From the NCBI GenBank assembly GCA_965215015.1, contig OZ244042.1:3776001-3840000 (forward strand): a stretch of DNA of 64,000 bases. Direction: 5' to 3'. Positions 36,816-47,195 of this stretch are shown piece after piece. The DNA is from Candidatus Poribacteria bacterium (GTDB lineage Bacteria; Poribacteria; WGA-4E; PCPOR2b). Numbering within the stretch: the first letter of the stretch is position 1; each line of letters opens with the position of its first letter. The translations under genes were made by a program, and so were the position numbers. Below the pieces are notes generated by a model. The model saw only the letters and a list, made by a program, of their open reading frames with translations, did no database searches and had not been told where the DNA came from.

Positions 36816-38012
36816 CTACTTTGCTGCTTCTTCTCGTTTGCTTGCAAGGGGGTGCATGATACCGGCACCGGGGGGCCAAACGCCCGACTCCGCCTTGATC
36901 CAGTCACACAACTTCTGGGCATGTGGTGTCAATGTTTTCCAGATTTCATGGGGCATGACTACCTTAAATCCGTCCCGCGTGCGCCAAGGGGCGGCATATT
37001 CGACGTTTGGCAGTGCCCTGACCTCCTTAGACAGGTTGGGGGTTGCACCGTGCCACGCTCGGTTATCGCGGAAAACGCCGGCACCGGCGGGGGCACCAAC
37101 GAGTGTTGAATGCCGCATCCAGTCGGGTTCATCGTCGCTTGACGGGGGCGGCTGTTGCGCGGCGTGCGTCCCCGGAATCTGACGAATAGGACCGTTCTCC
37201 CAAGTGAGGTCAGCCATCAGGAAGTTGATGGTCACCGTCGGCGGTGTCATCTCCATAATCAGTTTGATCGTCGGTACGTCAAGGTTTCCCGCACTGTCGG
37301 TATTGAACTCAACGCCGACTCGCCTCGCCTGCTCAAGGCGTGCTTCCGAGAGGTGCTGCCCGTCCTTACCATCGGAGTGTAGATGTTGGTACTCGATTGC
37401 ACCCGGCAGACAGAGGTCGCCCCCGGAACCCCAAACTCGGTAATCAGAAGAGCCGAAGATTTGCGTGACAATAGGTGTGGTTGTCGGCAGGTCAATCATG
37501 CTCGCCCAAGCGGGATGATGGAGCATCTGCCTTGAAGCGGAGCAGGTGCCGTAGCTATATCGGTGTGGCAGCCGTCCGGTTTCGGTCATGTATTTTCTTT
37601 CCTCCGGACCGGGGGTCTCTAAGATTTGTTTTAGTGCCTCGGCGCAGCCTGCTCTCCAACGCTCCAGCTGTTCCGCATTGAGCAGGTTCCGCACTACAAC
37701 GAAACCGTCTCGGCGGAAAATCCGAGCGGCGCGTTTAACCTGGATCGGATCACAGATTTCGAGACCGCGAATCCCGTTGTGTTCTCGGAGGTGCGCCCGT
37801 AGGGCTTCGACACCCGGATCCTCATACACTCGGTGCTTAGGAGATCGACTGTCGGGCACTGGCACCACCCCTCGATTGCTTGAGAGGAGGTTGCCATACT
37901 GGTCTAAGGTTTCATTGGGCGGAGTGTTTTCATCCCACCCCACCAGCGTTTCTTGATGGACCGTTAGGGTATCTAGCTCTGCTTGTAACTCTCGTTTCCT
38001 TGTTTCGGTCAT
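36816..38012 (-). CDS. PhyH family Fe(II)/2OG dioxygenase
   Basis: FRRDGFVVV, QHLHSD, ENGPIRQIPGTH, RDNRAWHGATPN. Confidence 0.87.
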   Translation of the reverse strand: MTETRKRELQAELDTLTVHQETLVGWDENTPPNETLDQYGNLLSSNRGVVPVPDSRSPKHRVYEDPGVEALRAHLREHNGIRGLEICDPIQVKRAARIFRRDGFVVVRNLLNAEQLERWRAGCAEALKQILETPGPEERKYMTETGRLPHRYSYGTCSASRQMLHHPAWASMIDLPTTTPIVTQIFGSSDYRVWGSGGDLCLPGAIEYQHLHSDGKDGQHLSEARLEQARRVGVEFNTDSAGNLDVPTIKLIMEMTPPTVTINFLMADLTWENGPIRQIPGTHAAQQPPPSSDDEPDWMRHSTLVGAPAGAGVFRDNRAWHGATPNLSKEVRALPNVEYAAPWRTRDGFKVVMPHEIWKTLTPHAQKLCDWIKAESGVWPPGAGIMHPLASKREEAAK

Positions 38013-38135
38013 TGTTAAACCTCCTTATCTGCAATAATGTCGAGATATGAATCTCGACCGACGGGAATCGGATTGGGCCAGTGAGACGGGACTTCCTTGT
38101 CCGACTACCCCCATGAACTCATGAACAACTGGTTT

Positions 38136-39236
38136 TCAGGTTTCACACTTTTCGCGTTTTGCACTTTCTTTTGACGTGAGCTTTCTATTTTCACACGCGT
38201 TAAGGATAAGTTTCAAAACCTCCTGCTGCTGTAACCAAGTGACGGTATGCGTCTCGTAAGGTTGTGCCGCTCCCGGATAGGGGGTAGGGTTCATCGCTAC
38301 GACAAGCTGGTCGCTCGGAAATACGACCACATAATGCCCGCCTGCGCCCCAAGCGGCATATCCCTCCCGTGGAAGGTGGGGCCAGAGTTTGCCCTTCTGA
38401 TTTGTCCAAAACCCATGTCCATATCGCCACATATTCTCAGGACTGTTCGCCAGAATATCCGGCGCGACTCCCGTTGCCTCTCGTAGCCAGCTTTCGGGAA
38501 TCACGGACTTCCCTTCCCAATGCCCCCAGTTGCACCAGAGCCAACCCAAACGTGCCAACGCTCGTAAGCTGGTGAGAATCGCGGAACCCCACCCAAAAAT
38601 GTGAAGTCGGGCTTTAGCGTGCATCCTCTGCGAGCCCGATGTATATTCCCAATCGGCACCAATCACATCAGCGATTCTCTCCTTGTAAAGTGGTGGAATC
38701 TTCGGTGATTCTTGTGGACAGTTGACATCATACAACCCATACGCTTTCTCGATGCAGTGGGAAAGCACACACATCCCATTGGTCTGGTAATTAAACACCT
38801 GTCCTGGTGCTTCACCCGGTTTCATATATCCCGACACATTGCAGATTAGATGTCGCAGCGTAATCCCACGATTCGCCTCAAACGCCCACCGCTCCTCTTT
38901 GGGGCCCTCACCCTCCGGCACATCCATCAACTCAGGATAGTAATCCACAGCGAGATCGTCGGCACTTCCGATTTTGCCTTCCTCAACCGCTATCCCCAGC
39001 ATACTGGATAGGATTGACTTATTGGCAGAGGCGATGTGATGCTTCGCTGCACTTGAGATATTATGGGTCCATTCCGCTACGAGATAGCCGTGCCGCACAA
39101 TCGCCACGCGATAGCTGTCATCCTTAAATTTTGAATCGAGCCACGCCTTGGCACAATTCAATTTCTCAGAATCCATCCCTACGTCGGCGGGGGAAGCGAT
39201 CTGCCACTCCGCTTTCGGAAATGTCTTATCTATCAT
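38136..39236 (-). CDS. Serine hydrolase, beta-lactamase family
   Basis: SxxK motif (SANK), ITLRHL, FNYQT, YGHGFW, AWGAGG. Confidence 0.85.
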   Translation of the reverse strand: MIDKTFPKAEWQIASPADVGMDSEKLNCAKAWLDSKFKDDSYRVAIVRHGYLVAEWTHNISSAAKHHIASANKSILSSMLGIAVEEGKIGSADDLAVDYYPELMDVPEGEGPKEERWAFEANRGITLRHLICNVSGYMKPGEAPGQVFNYQTNGMCVLSHCIEKAYGLYDVNCPQESPKIPPLYKERIADVIGADWEYTSGSQRMHAKARLHIFGWGSAILTSLRALARLGWLWCNWGHWEGKSVIPESWLREATGVAPDILANSPENMWRYGHGFWTNQKGKLWPHLPREGYAAWGAGGHYVVVFPSDQLVVAMNPTPYPGAAQPYETHTVTWLQQQEVLKLILNACENRKLTSKESAKREKCET

Positions 39237-39276
39237 AAATGAACCTCTTTTCAATCTCTGCCGCCGCAAGTGCGAA

Positions 39277-40212
39277 CTATCCGAGCGTGATAACCCCTTT
39301 GATATAGCTGGGATCGCCCGCTATAAGCCGCCGCATCAAATCCGGGTACTCCTTCAGTGTCGCCGTATGCGTGACTAGCGGTTCAAGATCGAATACGCCG
39401 TTGTGTATCATTCGGATAGCAGCTTCAAAGGTATCCCGAATCTTCGCCGATGGTGATGAATTCACAATTGTAAATCCGCCCATGTGCCATTTGGTCGGAT
39501 CAAAGGTGGCAGTCTCCCCCTTGAGCCATCCGAACAGATTGATACGTCCACCTCTCTTGACAATATCGGTGGCAAGATCCAGGCCGCCCTGATTGCCGGA
39601 CGTATCTACAACTACATCAATCTCTCGCGCTTTCAGGTCTTCCGCAAGCTCACCCGTATCGATTTCAGTGGTGTTATAAACTTCGTCCACACCAAATTGC
39701 TTTGCCAAATCCAAACGGTTTTGCACGACATCAATCGCAATCAGCTGGTCAAGGGGGTGGTGCAGCAAACCCTGCATAATCAGCAAACCCATGAACCCAC
39801 AGCCAACGACAGCAATCCGATCCCCGCCTTTAATCTGGCAGTGATCGACTCCCGTGACCGCACAAGATACAGGCTCCACAATCCAGTATTCATCGGACTT
39901 TTCAGATTCTGGAATTTTGTACAGTCTTTCGGCGGATAGATTTCGCACCGTCGCAAAACCGCCTCCCGCAACGCGGTCGCCCTCTTTCACGCCGGTGACT
40001 TCCGCGCCCACCTTACTGACATAACCGACCCCCTCGTGTCCGGGCGGTGCCATGGGGTACATCTGATTACCCAGCTTGGCTGTCGCCAAGTCCCACGAAC
40101 AGATTCCGCACGCTCCCCCCATAATCTGCACTTCGCTTGCACCCGGATCGGGGACATCTTGTCCAAAAACCTCAATACGACCGTCAGACAAATACCGCAT
40201 TGTTTGACTCAT
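39277..40212 (-). CDS. Zn-binding alcohol dehydrogenase family (MDR)
   Basis: CGICSWD, GHEGVG, VVGCGFMG. Start MSQTM follows AAGGAG. Confidence 0.9.
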   Translation of the reverse strand: MSQTMRYLSDGRIEVFGQDVPDPGASEVQIMGGACGICSWDLATAKLGNQMYPMAPPGHEGVGYVSKVGAEVTGVKEGDRVAGGGFATVRNLSAERLYKIPESEKSDEYWIVEPVSCAVTGVDHCQIKGGDRIAVVGCGFMGLLIMQGLLHHPLDQLIAIDVVQNRLDLAKQFGVDEVYNTTEIDTGELAEDLKAREIDVVVDTSGNQGGLDLATDIVKRGGRINLFGWLKGETATFDPTKWHMGGFTIVNSSPSAKIRDTFEAAIRMIHNGVFDLEPLVTHTATLKEYPDLMRRLIAGDPSYIKGVITLG

Positions 40213-40540
40213 GATTGTACTCCTTTTGAGTTTTTCCACCCTTTCCACGCCCTGAAGCAACTTTCTTACAATGTAGAAACCCAACTTGGGTTGAGTCGTT
40301 TTTTGAAATCGGTGCTGCTAATACCAAAGATACGCTATCATATCACGGTCTTAACTCTTTTTCAAGTTTGTCTAAGGTTTTTAGGAGCTTTCGGTGCGAG
40401 CCAATCGGATATGATTATTGGAACAGTGATAGGATAAATATCAACTAGCGTATAAGCCGTGCCTCCTTGAGCAGCCAATCGAATACAAACAGATGACCGT
40501 TGCTCAAGGCATGGAACCTTGGGAAAAAATAAGGAAATCG

Positions 40541-42940
40541 CTAAGGAACAATGGTTATGGTGATGATACTGCTCTGTATATTGGCGTGGGGGAAGCGGGC
40601 TTGCAGCGCGTGGTCACCTGCGCGAAGATGCCATCGAGTTGTGTAGGGATATGGCACTTTTTGAAAGGGTTCTCCATCTACATACCAGAGAATCTCCGGG
40701 ACAACCGGGGTAACGCTGGCTCTGAGCGCAATGCTCTGCAATTGTCGGGGGGTATCTGGCTGAAACCGAAAGACACTTCCATCAATCGGTTCCTCAATGG
40801 CGATGTGCGCATACGGCGATTCAGTTGAGGGTGAAGGCGGGGGATTGTAACCGTGAATTGCCCCCCAGACCGCGAACTGTGGCGGTAGGATGGCGTAACT
40901 CCTGATTTCTACATCCTCTGAGGGTGTCATGGGACCCGCTAGCGTTCCTGTGCGCCGGTCAACTGCAAACGATTGATGGCTGCGGCAGGGGGTCCTCGGT
41001 TCGGTACCAAGGGGGAGATACTCCAAGACGGTCTCAGAACACGCTTCGGTCACAAGTTCTCCCGACAGTGAACAGAGTTTAACCAATTGATAGCCCGTAG
41101 ATTGCTCTGAATCCTGATGCAATTGGGGGGAGAGGAAGGGTTTTTCGTCTACACCTCGACGTTCTTTAGGGTGCAAAAAGAGCAGAATCTCCTTCACCAA
41201 TTGCGCTGCATCAAGCCCGCCCACCTGCTTCATCCGTTCATGGTCTGGGTGTCCAATCCATGCGCCGACGATGTATTTTGAACTGTAAGCGACCGCCCAG
41301 GCATCTCGGAATCCCTGGGATGTGCCGGTTTTCACCGCTACCGGGAACGGATATTCCAACGGTCCCATACGAGCGAAAGTGGGTAACCGCGCCAATGGGT
41401 CGGAGAGGAAGAGGGTGATTTGCCGAGCGACATCTTCAGGGATAAGCTGCGCTGGTGTTTCTTCATCGGCAGTTTCAAACCAGCGCAACGTAAACGTCTT
41501 CCCGTCGTTTGCCAACACGCCATAAGCAGCGACGAGGTCCTCCAAGGTCACGTAAAGGCCACCAATTGCCAATCCAAGCCCATAAACGCTGGCGGCTTTG
41601 TCGTCTTTGGCGAGCCCCAATTGGCGAAATAGATCATATGTCTTTGCTAACCCGACCGTTTTCAGGACATGAACCGCCGGGACATTTCGGCTATTGGCAA
41701 GTGCTCTCCGATAAAGGAGGGGTCCGAGATATCGTTCATCATAATTGGCAACGCTATACTGACCTCCCGGCTGCGACAGATTGAACGGCAGATCTGCCAA
41801 GACGCTGGCAGGGGAGAACGCTCCGGTTTCCATACCCAAGGCATAGATGAAAGGCTTCAGGGTGCTGCCGGCAGAACGTGGAGTTGTGGCATAATTGATG
41901 GCACCGGCAAAGTCTGTATCGGCGTAAAAATCGGAGCCCAGATAACTCCGAATCGCGCCCGTCTCGCGCTCTGCCACGATAACAGCCACATTACCCGCAC
42001 CGCGCTGACGGAGATACCCCATCGTTTCGCCGGCAATGCCATCCACGACTGCCTGAAGGGAAAGGTCCAAATTGGTGAATACCGGTTTCGTATAGGTGGC
42101 AGTTTCGTAGATTGTTTCTTGGAGACGTAGAATGGGATGGTAGCTGTGGTACGGTCGCGACTCCTTAATGGGGATTTTCAAGGACTTTAACTGGCGTTGG
42201 CTAATTGCGACGGTTTCCTCATCGAGTGTTCCGTTTTCGCGGAGCAGATTGAGTATCAGTTTTGCCCGTTCAAACGCTCTTCGACGTCCCTTAAAATGGT
42301 AAAGGTTCATCCTGCCCGGTGCTCTGGGAAGGCTTGCTAACACCGCTGCTTCCGCCCAACTCAAATCTGCCAAAGGCTTCTGGAAATACCGTCTCGCCGC
42401 GTAAGCGGTGCCGTGAATACGATTGCCTTGGGGAACAATTTTCAGGTAGTGCCGAAGCACATTTTCATGGCCGAACTTTCGGTTGAGCGAGACCGCTGTC
42501 CCCATTTCGCAGGCTTTTCTCCAGAGGGTTCGTTTCCCCGGCCGTTGTAGCCGCGCCACCTGCATAGCAATCGTCGAGGCACCCTGCCGGGGTCGTGCAC
42601 TAAGGTTATTCACTAGTGCCCGGAGGAGGGAACGGAAATCGACGCCAAAGTGTTTGTAGTACCGCTTATCTTCAATCGCCAATAGGCACGAAACCATTCG
42701 GTCCGGCAAAACCGCTGGCGGGTCCCAAAAGCCAAGCGGGGCGTTCGCGTCGGCCGTTCCCTCTGCTAAAAAGGTGCCGTATCGATCGGTGAAAATCGGT
42801 GTCGCTGGCGGTGAAACCAATTGGCTTCCATCCAAGACTTCGTGCGAAAGCAGCAAAACAGAGGCTGCTATCAAGGAACCTGAAACGACAATGGAACTTT
42901 TTAAGATGGACTTGAAATACTTCGGGAGATTTGATTTCAT
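40541..42940 (-). CDS. pbpC: Penicillin-binding protein 1C
   Basis: EDKRY, GASTIAMQVAR, GSTLKPF, SRN, KTGT, plus a C-terminal BiPBP_C-like domain (WYVDG). Confidence 0.88.
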   Translation of the reverse strand: MKSNLPKYFKSILKSSIVVSGSLIAASVLLLSHEVLDGSQLVSPPATPIFTDRYGTFLAEGTADANAPLGFWDPPAVLPDRMVSCLLAIEDKRYYKHFGVDFRSLLRALVNNLSARPRQGASTIAMQVARLQRPGKRTLWRKACEMGTAVSLNRKFGHENVLRHYLKIVPQGNRIHGTAYAARRYFQKPLADLSWAEAAVLASLPRAPGRMNLYHFKGRRRAFERAKLILNLLRENGTLDEETVAISQRQLKSLKIPIKESRPYHSYHPILRLQETIYETATYTKPVFTNLDLSLQAVVDGIAGETMGYLRQRGAGNVAVIVAERETGAIRSYLGSDFYADTDFAGAINYATTPRSAGSTLKPFIYALGMETGAFSPASVLADLPFNLSQPGGQYSVANYDERYLGPLLYRRALANSRNVPAVHVLKTVGLAKTYDLFRQLGLAKDDKAASVYGLGLAIGGLYVTLEDLVAAYGVLANDGKTFTLRWFETADEETPAQLIPEDVARQITLFLSDPLARLPTFARMGPLEYPFPVAVKTGTSQGFRDAWAVAYSSKYIVGAWIGHPDHERMKQVGGLDAAQLVKEILLFLHPKERRGVDEKPFLSPQLHQDSEQSTGYQLVKLCSLSGELVTEACSETVLEYLPLGTEPRTPCRSHQSFAVDRRTGTLAGPMTPSEDVEIRSYAILPPQFAVWGAIHGYNPPPSPSTESPYAHIAIEEPIDGSVFRFQPDTPRQLQSIALRASVTPVVPEILWYVDGEPFQKVPYPYTTRWHLRAGDHALQARFPHANIQSSIITITIVP

Positions 42941-43178
42941 TGTTCTGACTTTTTACGCGAGTTAGGGCGTAGGGCCCCGATAAGATTGGTTCCGTTCCGA
43001 GAATCCGGATTTATCGGGAGATTCAAAGCAATATGTCTACTACTTTATTTTATCATACCTGACTCGAATTGTGTAGATGTGTCGAGTGCAGCCATTAGGG
43101 GGATTGGTTCATTACCTCCCTAACCCCCCGCAAGAGGGGGAAGGGGGGCGTGAGTGGGGCAAGATGCTCTGCCTACGG

Positions 43179-43715
43179 TGTGTAAAAGCGGGGAATTAGA
43201 TGAGGGGTGCTCATAAGTATTGTCTGAATCACGGATTTAGCGGAGGACACAGATAGGGACAAACGCGCCATGAATTGGGCTACTACCAAACGTGCAATGA
43301 ATTGCACTACTACGAACAGGGTGATTCATGTGAGGAGGGCTCATCAGTCAGATTACGCGTGGACGACCGACGGGTATGGAGATTAATTAGTCGGTGGGGC
43401 AAGATTGCTCGGCCTACGGTGAATGGGGCATTGAGTGCTCCTGTAGGATAGGTTTCTGAATCCCGATATACCGCTTAGATATGGAGAAAACCGAAAACTA
43501 AATAGCTTTAATTCGTTGTGTAAAAGCGGGGAATTAGATGAGGGGTGCTCATAAGTATTGTCTGAATCACGGGTTTAGCGGAGGACACAGATAGGGACAA
43601 ACGTGCAATGAATTGCACTACTACGAACAGGGTGATTTATGTGAGGAGTGCTCATCAGTCAGATTACGCGTGGACGACCGACGGGTATGGAGATCAATTA
43701 GTTGGTCTGGCAAGA
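43179..43715. repeat. Two direct copies of a ~200-bp composite repeat (43179-43400, 43518-43715); third partial copy at 58518-58658
   Basis: Shared TGAGGGGTGCTCATAA...TTGTCTGAATCACGG...REP hairpin...CAGATTACGCGTGGACGAC. Confidence 0.9.
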
Positions 43716-43896
43716 TGCCCCATCTATGGAGTCGGGAGGGCTTTGTTTTTCCCGATTCGGTGGGAATTTAATGGCAGTTGGGTGTTAGTCAAGCCATATG
43801 CCGTAGGGGTTGTGGGGGTTACGGCAGGACGGAGTGTGCCGACTCCTTTATGAGCACCCCTCAATTAAATGCCTCCATATTCCATGAATTTCCATC

Positions 43897-43925
43897 TTGC
43901 CAATATGCGGCGAATCGTTTATACT
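43897..43925 (+). promoter_or_regulatory. Candidate sigma70 promoter of pcrA, TTGCCA-N17-TATACT
   Basis: Near-consensus boxes with 17-bp spacing, about 45 bp upstream of the ATG. Confidence 0.55.
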
Positions 43926-43971
43926 ATTGATTGAAAAAATCATGCCAAACCTTATTCGGAAGGAACTTCTG

Positions 43972-46113
43972 ATGGCCGATCTCCTCAAATCCTTGAATCC
44001 CGTTCAACGCGAAGCGGTACAACACACCGACGGGCCGCTGCTTATCCTGTCAGGCGCGGGCAGCGGCAAAACCCGTGTGATTACCCATCGAATCGCCTAT
44101 CTTATCCGACACCGCGGCGTTTCCCCGTTTAATATTCTCGCGGTGACGTTCACGAACAAAGCCGCGGAAGAGATGCGAACCCGCCTTGAAAATCTTATCG
44201 GTCAAAGTCAATTGTGGGTGGCCACCTTTCATTCGACGTGTGCTCAAATTCTACGCAGAGACATTCATCATCTCGGCTACAACCGTTCGTTTACAATCTA
44301 CGATACCACAGACCAACAAACCTTGATTAAGGAGCTAATCAAGACGCTGCAACTTTCACTGAATAATCCGAGATCTGTCATCGGTGAGATTGGTAGAGCC
44401 AAGTGTGATTTTGTCTCTCCTGAAGAATATGCGAAGCGAGCCGTGGGATTCTTTGAGGAATCGGTCGCACAGATTTATCCGATGTACCAAGACTTCCTCC
44501 GCGAAAATAACGCCCTCGATTTTGATGACTTAATCAAGTTGACAGTCGAGCTGTTTGAGGCAAATCCGAATGTATTGGACAATTATCAGGATAAGTTTCG
44601 GTATATCCTCGTTGATGAATATCAGGATACCAATCGCGGTCAGTATCTACTGGTTCACGCATTGGCGCAGAAACACCAAAGTATCTGCGTAGTGGGCGAC
44701 GACGACCAGAGTATATACTCGTTTCGAGGCGCGGACATCAACAACATCCTCGATTTCGAGGCGGGCTATCCAGATACGAAAGTCTTACGCTTAGAGCAGA
44801 ACTATCGTTCAACGAAAAATATCCTTGAAGCCGCATATCATGTCATCCGTAACAATCAGAAGCGCAAGGAGAAGCAGATCTGGACAGAAAACAGGAAGGG
44901 GAGTGCAATCACCCTGCATGAAGCGCCGGACGATATCCGTGAGGCGGACTATGTGCTGCGGCAGATTCGGGAGTGGCGGGGGCGCAGGCGGAAATACGGC
45001 GACTGTGTTATCTTTTATCGGATCAATGCTCAATCCCGTACATTTGAAGATGCCCTGCGAGGCGCGAATATTCCGTATCAGATTGTCGGTGGCATCCGAT
45101 TCTACGAGCGGATGGAGGTCAAAGACATCATGGCTTATATGCGGGTGATTGTCAATCCTGCTGACACGATTAGCATCAAACGTATCATCAATGTGCCGCG
45201 CCGAGGGATCGGCGTTGCAACAGTACAGAAGATTGAGGATTACGCCTACGAGGCAGGCATCCCTCTATTTGAAGCGATTCAGTGTGTCGGGGAGGTGTCA
45301 ACACTGAACAATGGCGCGAAAAACAGGGTACGCGCATTCGCTGAATTAATCATGTCGTTCCACCCAAACGATCCGCCGGCACGCACGGCGGAGGACCTGC
45401 TTGACCGCTCCGGCTATCTTCAAACTTTGAGAAGCGAGGGCACGATTGAGGCCCAGAGCCGCGAAGAGAACCTCGGTGAGTTAATCGCAGCGGTCGCGGA
45501 GTACGAAGAAAGTGACCCAGAGCCGACATTAGCGGGTTTCTTGGAAAAGATTACATTAGCTTCCGATATCGACAGCATGGAGGATAAGAGCGATGTGGTG
45601 ACGATGATGACGCTGCATAGCGCGAAAGGGTTGGAATTTCCGATCGTCTTCATGGTCGGAATCGAGGAGGGGTTGTTGCCGCATCAACGCTCTTATAACA
45701 GCGAAGCGGAACTTGAGGAGGAGCGCAGACTGTGTTACGTTGGACTCACACGCGGACAGGAGCATGTCTATCTGACGCATGCCCGCTCCCGGCGGTTGTA
45801 CCGCGACATCGATTATCGCATCCCTTCGCGCTTCATCGAAGAGATTCCGCCCGAACTGTGTGATCAGGGAAATGCTTACGAATCGCCCCGGCGACCGGTG
45901 GTTTCGACCTACGATCCCGATGAACCCGATTTTGACGACGCAGTGCCGTTCCATTACGACGTTGGGGACGTTGTATACCACGCGCAGTTTGGCAGAGGAA
46001 AGATTACCGCCATCACTGGGTATGGATTTAATATGCGTATCGCCGTGCGGTTTGAACGTGGTTCTGAGAAAGTGTTCGCTGCAGCGCATACGCGGTTGCA
46101 AAAGATTAGATAG
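43972..46113 (+). CDS. pcrA: ATP-dependent DNA helicase PcrA/UvrD
   Basis: GAGSGKT, VDEYQD, VGDDDQSIY, LEQNYRS, TLHSAKGLEF, EERRLCYVGLTR, C-terminal Tudor-like domain. Confidence 0.96.
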   Translation: MADLLKSLNPVQREAVQHTDGPLLILSGAGSGKTRVITHRIAYLIRHRGVSPFNILAVTFTNKAAEEMRTRLENLIGQSQLWVATFHSTCAQILRRDIHHLGYNRSFTIYDTTDQQTLIKELIKTLQLSLNNPRSVIGEIGRAKCDFVSPEEYAKRAVGFFEESVAQIYPMYQDFLRENNALDFDDLIKLTVELFEANPNVLDNYQDKFRYILVDEYQDTNRGQYLLVHALAQKHQSICVVGDDDQSIYSFRGADINNILDFEAGYPDTKVLRLEQNYRSTKNILEAAYHVIRNNQKRKEKQIWTENRKGSAITLHEAPDDIREADYVLRQIREWRGRRRKYGDCVIFYRINAQSRTFEDALRGANIPYQIVGGIRFYERMEVKDIMAYMRVIVNPADTISIKRIINVPRRGIGVATVQKIEDYAYEAGIPLFEAIQCVGEVSTLNNGAKNRVRAFAELIMSFHPNDPPARTAEDLLDRSGYLQTLRSEGTIEAQSREENLGELIAAVAEYEESDPEPTLAGFLEKITLASDIDSMEDKSDVVTMMTLHSAKGLEFPIVFMVGIEEGLLPHQRSYNSEAELEEERRLCYVGLTRGQEHVYLTHARSRRLYRDIDYRIPSRFIEEIPPELCDQGNAYESPRRPVVSTYDPDEPDFDDAVPFHYDVGDVVYHAQFGRGKITAITGYGFNMRIAVRFERGSEKVFAAAHTRLQKIR

Positions 46114-46203
46114 TATACAGGCAACACATCAATTTAATGGGTTCATGAGTTATTTGTCTCCTCAAAATTACACAATCACAACACTACAGAATGGAGATGG
46201 GTT

Positions 46204-46776
46204 ATGCTAGCAAGATTGATTCAACAAAAGGTGCCCCTCGGAAGCCCTATTAAATTTTCGCTAAAAACTGGCAGAGAAATTTCTGGTATTCTTACGGAGA
46301 TTGGACAGGAACATATTACAGTGGAAGCCAGTAATGGTCCAGTAACCATTCTTACCGAAATGATTGGTCTTTGGGAAAGCTCCGGAGATGAGGCACCAAA
46401 ATCAGACTTGGAACCAATTGATGTAAAACCTGATGGGTCGGGGGAGGGCATGGAGGCCAGACCTACGCAGAAAGAAGAAAAATCATTTGGAGATAGAGCA
46501 TCACAGAATTTGATTGATTTTACCTATCCTGCGGACCTGTTTGAGATTATTTTCGCTAGAGGGTTGTGGCAAGAGCACTTTCAACCAATCTTCGGTAACG
46601 ATCCGAATTACTGGGACGAACGGAAAAAGTTGCTTGCGAAGTGTAGAAATCCCTTAGCCCATAATCGCGCTGAAATACTCCAATCCCATGAACTTATGAT
46701 TGTTGAAGGATACTGTACAGAAATTCTGAGTTGTGTGCAAAATATTACTCTGCCCACCAATCTCAGTAATGAATAA
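46204..46776 (+). CDS. Hypothetical protein: Sm-like N-terminus fused to a Swt1-like HEPN C-terminus (possibly an internally deleted larger gene)
   Basis: IKFSLKTGREISGILTEIG at the N-terminus and an RxxxxH motif (RNPLAH) at the C-terminus. AT-richer than its flanks. Confidence 0.6.
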   Translation: MLARLIQQKVPLGSPIKFSLKTGREISGILTEIGQEHITVEASNGPVTILTEMIGLWESSGDEAPKSDLEPIDVKPDGSGEGMEARPTQKEEKSFGDRASQNLIDFTYPADLFEIIFARGLWQEHFQPIFGNDPNYWDERKKLLAKCRNPLAHNRAEILQSHELMIVEGYCTEILSCVQNITLPTNLSNE

Positions 46777-46796
46777 TGATAAACGAGGAGAATCAG

Positions 46797-47087
46797 ATGG
46801 CAACAATTACAACTGACGATGTGCAACATGTTGCAACCCTCGCACGTCTTAAGTTTAACGAAGAAGAGATCGAGCAGTTTACGCATCAACTCGATCGGAT
46901 TTTGGACTATATCGGAAAATTGAATGAGTTGGAGACGACGGACGTGCCACCAACGTCGCATCCTCTCCCGATCCGCAATGTCGTCAAAGCAGATGTCGCT
47001 AAGCCCTCATACGACCGAGACGCTGTTTTGGAAGGGGCCCCGAGCGCGGCGGAGGGATACTTTGAGGTGCCGAAGGTAATTGAGTAA
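46797..47087 (+). CDS. gatC: Asp/Glu-tRNA amidotransferase subunit C
   Basis: VQHVATLARL, FEVPKVIE. AGGAG RBS. Confidence 0.95.
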   Translation: MATITTDDVQHVATLARLKFNEEEIEQFTHQLDRILDYIGKLNELETTDVPPTSHPLPIRNVVKADVAKPSYDRDAVLEGAPSAAEGYFEVPKVIE

Positions 47088-47195
47088 AGGATGCGGATCG
47101 ATAAGAAAGATACGCCGATTCTTAAAAGACCTGAAACCTCCACTGAAGAAAGCGACAATGCACTGCCACAATCATCGTTAAAGGAGTAAGGTTTC

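Noticed and set aside
47091-47189. 32-codon ORF between gatC and gatA
   Set aside because: No clear RBS or recognisable motif; cannot be supported without homology data.
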